A stretch of 64,000 nt of DNA. Origin: Candidatus Eiseniibacteriota bacterium. Its GTDB lineage: Bacteria; Eisenbacteria; RBG-16-71-46. A program made the translations under genes and the position numbers. The stretch is taken from the NCBI GenBank assembly GCA_041483195.1, contig JBGPFC010000008.1, positions 32,001 to 96,000 of the forward strand. Direction: 5' to 3'. The notes below the pieces were generated by a model, which made no database searches, was not told where the DNA came from, and saw nothing but the letters and a program-made list of their open reading frames with translations. Every line of letters starts with the position of its first letter. Within the stretch, counting starts at the first letter, position 1. Shown in pieces: positions 59,960 to 64,000 of this stretch.

Positions 59960-62314
59960 TCAGGCGGCGCGGCCCCGCGCGCGGAGGGTGTCTCCGAGCT
60001 GACGGAGCACGCGGTCGAGGTCCTCCATCGAGAACGGCTTGGCCATCACCATGTCCACGCCATGGGCCTGGGTCGTGACCTCCTCGAGCTGGAAACCCCA
60101 GCCGGTCACCATCACCACCGCGACGTCCGGGCGCCGCGATTTCACGGCGAGCGCGAGATCCCAGCCGTTCACCTCGGGCATGCCGAGGTCGGAGAACACG
60201 GCGTCGAATTCCATGCCCGCGAAGCGCTCGAGCCCGGCCGCTCCGCCCAGCGCCACCTCGACGTCCTGACCCATCAGCCTCAACAGGTCGGCGGTCACCG
60301 AGAGCACCGGTTCCTCGTCGTCGACCACCAGCACCCGCAGTCGTGGTAGCGGACCGCGGGGCGGCGGCGGCGCCTCGGTCTCGGCCGGCGCGCCGGCCGG
60401 GAAGCGCAGCGTGAATTCGGTGCCGAGGTGGCGCTCGGACTCGACCGTGATCGATCCGTGGTGCCGCGTCACGATCCCGTATGCGACCGAGAGCCCGAGG
60501 CCGGTACCCTGCACGGTCTTGGTCGTGAAGAACGGATCGAAGATCTTCCCGCGGGTCTCGTCGTCCATGCCGATGCCGGTGTCGCGAATGCTCACCCGCA
60601 CTTCGCCACCCTCGGACTCGGTGGCGATCCGGATCTCGCCGCCCCACGGCATCGCGTCCACCGCGTTGAGGACGAGGTTGGTGAACACCTCTCGCAGCTC
60701 TGAGCCGTTGCCAGCGATCGGCTGGCTCGCCGCCAGATCCAGCTCGACGTCGAGCGTCACGCCGTTGCGCTTCGCCCCCGCCTCCCACGCGGGGCGGGTC
60801 AGCTCGACCACCTCGCGCAGCACCTCGTTCACGTCGAGCGCCTCGAAGCGCTCGTCGTGGCGCACCCGCGTGAACTCCTGGACGCGCCGCACGGTGTGGG
60901 CCCCGTCGAGCGCCGCCTGCTCGACCACCTGCAACTGCCGGCGCGATTCCGGCTCGTTCGCGGTCTGGAGCAGGAGCTGGGTGCGGCCGAGGATCGCCGC
61001 CAGGATGTTGTTGAAATCGTGCGCCACGCCGCCCGCCATCTCGCCCAGCGCGTTGAGCTTCGCGGACTGCACCAGCTGAGCCTGGGTCTCGCGCAGCTCG
61101 ACGAACGCCGCGCGCATGTCCTCGTAGAGCCGGGCGTTCGCGATCGCCGCGCTGCACTGCCCCGCGAACAGCGTCGCCAGCTCGAGATCCTCGCCGACGA
61201 ACGAGCGTCCGCCGGTGCGCACCAGGGTGATGACGCCCACGACCTTCTCGCGGGTGACGAGCGGCGCACACAGCAGCGACGAGCGCTCTTCCGGCGTGCC
61301 CGGCACCTGGACCGCGCGGGGATCCTGCTCCGCCCCGTTCACGATCTCGCCGCGCCCGGCGAGCGCGACCGCGCCGGTGATCCCCTCGCCCATCCGCAAC
61401 CGCACCGCCATCATCTCGTCGCGGTAGCGTTCGACGTCGCACACCACGGGCCGCAGCATCTGCTCGGCTTCGTCGAACAGGAACACCGTGCACTCGTCGG
61501 TCTGGATCACCTCGCGGACCTGTTGCGCGATGGTCTCCAGAATCGTGTTCAACTCGAGCGAGTTGACGACCGCGTGGCTCACGGTGAGGAGCGCTCCGAA
61601 TTTCTCCTTCTGGCGCTTCTCGTGCTGGAGCAGCTCCGCCATCGAAGGATCGGCGAAGGCCTGCTCCGGCTTCCGGGCAAGCACCAGGTACCAGCCCGCG
61701 AGCGCGCCCGCGTGGACCAGCTGCACTCCGGTCGCGAGCAGCTCGTCGGCGGGCGCGAGCGCGAGCCGCACGCGGCCCAGCTGGACGCGAGCGCCCAGCG
61801 GGCTGTCCGCGCGCAGCTGGCGCTCCACCCAGTCGCGGCACTCGGCGTGCAAGAGATCGTTCAGCGCCCGGCCGCGCAGCGCCTCGGGCGCGGCCCCGTA
61901 GCTCGCGGTGAACGCCTGATTCGAGAACCGCACGTGGCGCTCGCGGTCGAGAATGAGCAGCGGCGCGGGAACCGTGTCGATGAGCGGCGCGAGCGAGTGC
62001 TCCAGCACGGGCCAGGGGTCGGTCGCGGCAGGCAGGCCGCGCGAGATCTCGGGTGGGAGGATCAGGGTGAGCATCGCGCGCCCGATCACGCAGGGGTCAG
62101 CCCCCATTCCCGCCCAGCGGCGGGCCGCCTCGAGAATGACGGTGCGAGCTGGCCGCGCGCGGCTGCTCGCGAGGGCGCCCGATAAAGCCGAGAGCAGCGC
62201 CTCGCTCTCGGCCTGCGCCCGGTCAGGCCCCAACGCGAGCGCAAGCTCACGCGCCAGGCCGTGCTCCAGGGCGTTCCGGTGCCGGCGAATGAGACGGACG
62301 AGTGAGGGGGTCAA
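59960..62314 (-). CDS. Cytoplasmic hybrid histidine kinase (PAS-GAF-HisKA-HATPase-REC)
   Basis: GGVAHDFNN H-box, NAVDAM, DTGIG, FFTTK, GTGLGL, C-terminal VLVVDDE...SDLGMP; TTG start. Confidence 0.92.
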   Translation of the reverse strand: MTPSLVRLIRRHRNALEHGLARELALALGPDRAQAESEALLSALSGALASSRARPARTVILEAARRWAGMGADPCVIGRAMLTLILPPEISRGLPAATDPWPVLEHSLAPLIDTVPAPLLILDRERHVRFSNQAFTASYGAAPEALRGRALNDLLHAECRDWVERQLRADSPLGARVQLGRVRLALAPADELLATGVQLVHAGALAGWYLVLARKPEQAFADPSMAELLQHEKRQKEKFGALLTVSHAVVNSLELNTILETIAQQVREVIQTDECTVFLFDEAEQMLRPVVCDVERYRDEMMAVRLRMGEGITGAVALAGRGEIVNGAEQDPRAVQVPGTPEERSSLLCAPLVTREKVVGVITLVRTGGRSFVGEDLELATLFAGQCSAAIANARLYEDMRAAFVELRETQAQLVQSAKLNALGEMAGGVAHDFNNILAAILGRTQLLLQTANEPESRRQLQVVEQAALDGAHTVRRVQEFTRVRHDERFEALDVNEVLREVVELTRPAWEAGAKRNGVTLDVELDLAASQPIAGNGSELREVFTNLVLNAVDAMPWGGEIRIATESEGGEVRVSIRDTGIGMDDETRGKIFDPFFTTKTVQGTGLGLSVAYGIVTRHHGSITVESERHLGTEFTLRFPAGAPAETEAPPPPRGPLPRLRVLVVDDEEPVLSVTADLLRLMGQDVEVALGGAAGLERFAGMEFDAVFSDLGMPEVNGWDLALAVKSRRPDVAVVMVTGWGFQLEEVTTQAHGVDMVMAKPFSMEDLDRVLRQLGDTLRARGRAA

Positions 62315-62599
62315 CGAGACTCTCCGCGGGCCGAAGGTGGGTCGTCGGTGCGAGGTATCGTCAGGAGCCGCCGGGGGCTTGATCGCTTTGGGTGTTCGCG
62401 GGCGCCGGAACCGGGCCGTTGGGCGACCGCCATGCGGTCCCCTGGGCGCATGAAATGATCTCTTGCGAATGACGGCCCCGCACGCCTAACGTCATCGACG
62501 TGAGCAGGGCGGGACCGGGCCGACCCGGTTCCGCCCTGCTCTCTTTTCTCCGCAACGACCGGGGCAATCTCGACACGAAGGCCCCTGGGAGAAGATGCG

Positions 62600-64000
62600 A
62601 TGAAGCTCGATCGTCGGGCGGCCGCGGTTCTCGCGGTCGCGGTCATGTTGCTCGCGGCGGCGTGCGCCCGCCGTGCGAAAACCATCGTTGTCGCGAATCG
62701 ACCCCCCGAGATCAGTCTGAAGAGCAGCTCGCTCCCACCCGCGCGCGCGGGCGAGGTCAGCCGCCTGATGCGCTGGACCGCGAGCGATCCCGAAGGGCGG
62801 ATCGATCATTACCTGTACGCGGTCGATCCGCGTGCGATGGATCGCGCGGACGACGGATGGACGCGGACCGACGAGACCTCGTACGTGATGAGCGTGCCGG
62901 CGCACGACGCCGCGACCCTGCCCTCGGGACGCAGCGGCCACCTGTTCGCGGTGCGCGCCGTGGACGCGGGGGGCGCGCTCTCGGCGCCAGCGTGGGTGGC
63001 GTTCGGGGATTCGTCGGCGACCATCCCGCCGACGGTCCAGATCCTCTGCCCGCGACCCAGCGACTTGGCTCGCGCGTACCTGCCGCCGTCGTTTCGAATC
63101 AACTGGGACGGCATCGACCCGGATGGAGTCTTCACTCAGAAACCGGTGAAGTACAAGTACCGGCTCTTCACCGACAACGGCCCGGACTTCAATCTCTCGA
63201 CGATTCGGGCGCGACCCGACTCGGTCCGGCGCTTCTACGCTCCCCAGTTCGCGGACTGGGACTCGGTCGGGGGTGATTCGACCTCGGTCAGTTACTCCAA
63301 TCTGACCATCGATGCTGAGTACATCTTCGTGGTCGTGGCGTTCGACGAGGCGGGCGCCTATTCGCCGGTGTTCTCGTTCAGCACCAACATGCTCTACTTC
63401 CGTGTGATCCAACCGAATTCGCTCGGCCCCCCGCTCACCATGTTCGGCTCGGGGTTCTCCTACACGTATGCCACCGGAAGCATTCCGCCGAATCCGGCCC
63501 CGGCACTCACCGTCGATGAGCCGGCCGACCAGCCGCTGACGTTCAGCTGGTTCGCGATGCCGTTTCCCTCTTCGTGCGACGGACTGCTCCGGTATCGCTG
63601 GGCGCTCGACATCGCCGACATCGGTGACGAGACCCCGCGCTCGAACGAGGCCACGGACTGGATGCACTGGAGTCAGTGGAGCGACGCCGCGACCTCCGCC
63701 ACGGTCGGCCCGTTCAATCCGCCGGGCTTCAAGCGGCAGAGTCATCAGTTCTACATCGAGGCCGATGACCCGGTGGGATTGCGCAGCCTCGGCACGTTCG
63801 GGTTTCGCGTGAGCCGCGCTCCGTTCGACGACGATCTCCTGATCGTGGACGACACGCGCTATCTGCCGGATCAACGGACATTCCCCACCCCGTGCATGAA
63901 CGCGCCGATCGGAGCGTGGCCCACCGCGGCGGAGCTCGACACCTTCCTCTATGCCCGCGGCGCATTCCCCTGGCGCTGCTATCCCGCGGGCACGATGAGC
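62600..64000 (+). CDS. Large lipoprotein with Ig/FN3-like repeats, 3'-truncated by window edge (absent from ORF track)
   Basis: MKLDRRAAAVLAVAVMLLAAAC lipobox; repeated W...DPEG/DPDG and F.V.A.D..G motifs; frame appears open to the window end. Confidence 0.8.
   Translation, partial: MKLDRRAAAVLAVAVMLLAAACARRAKTIVVANRPPEISLKSSSLPPARAGEVSRLMRWTASDPEGRIDHYLYAVDPRAMDRADDGWTRTDETSYVMSVPAHDAATLPSGRSGHLFAVRAVDAGGALSAPAWVAFGDSSATIPPTVQILCPRPSDLARAYLPPSFRINWDGIDPDGVFTQKPVKYKYRLFTDNGPDFNLSTIRARPDSVRRFYAPQFADWDSVGGDSTSVSYSNLTIDAEYIFVVVAFDEAGAYSPVFSFSTNMLYFRVIQPNSLGPPLTMFGSGFSYTYATGSIPPNPAPALTVDEPADQPLTFSWFAMPFPSSCDGLLRYRWALDIADIGDETPRSNEATDWMHWSQWSDAATSATVGPFNPPGFKRQSHQFYIEADDPVGLRSLGTFGFRVSRAPFDDDLLIVDDTRYLPDQRTFPTPCMNAPIGAWPTAAELDTFLYARGAFPWRCYPAGTMS

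Noticed and set aside
62492..63874. 460-aa minus-strand ORF
   Set aside because: Antisense shadow of the + strand lipoprotein

Overview
High-GC, gene-dense core-genome window of a diderm (LPS-producing) bacterium. Gene content (SprA-like translocon, LptFG, RfaE, lipoproteins) suggests an FCB-associated lineage such as Ca. Eisenbacteria; this taxonomic call is inference only. Left to right: a partial aminotransferase; a surface-glycan operon (flippase, 3 glycosyltransferases, methyltransferase-membrane-sulfatase fusion); the rimP-nusA-infB-ylxP-rbfA-truB-ribF-rpsO-pnp-M16 cluster; sprA plus an M28 glutaminyl-cyclase-like gene, divergent from lptFG; TPR-ECF sigma-anti-sigma-HtrA-like-aroB-aroQ-accB-pilT-accC-comB; an NtrC-family regulator followed by a sigma54-promoter/terminator-bounded ~220-nt non-coding unit; yceD-rpmF-plsX-fabH-fabD-fabG-acpP-fabF-rnc; aldehyde dehydrogenase-sucCD-ndk; an AT-richer DUF6338-like gene plus GYQP peptide; rfaE1/E2; GNAT; TonB-like protein; Cys-peptide-UroD-like-two Cys-less redoxins; a hybrid histidine kinase; a truncated lipoprotein. 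I saw no tRNA, rRNA, CRISPR array or transposase. Top leads: the candidate sigma54-dependent sRNA, an RNase III with an RNase E-like membrane helix and disordered tail, a pseudo-protease HtrA, the DUF6338/GYQP pair and the Cys-peptide/UroD/pseudo-peroxiredoxin unit.
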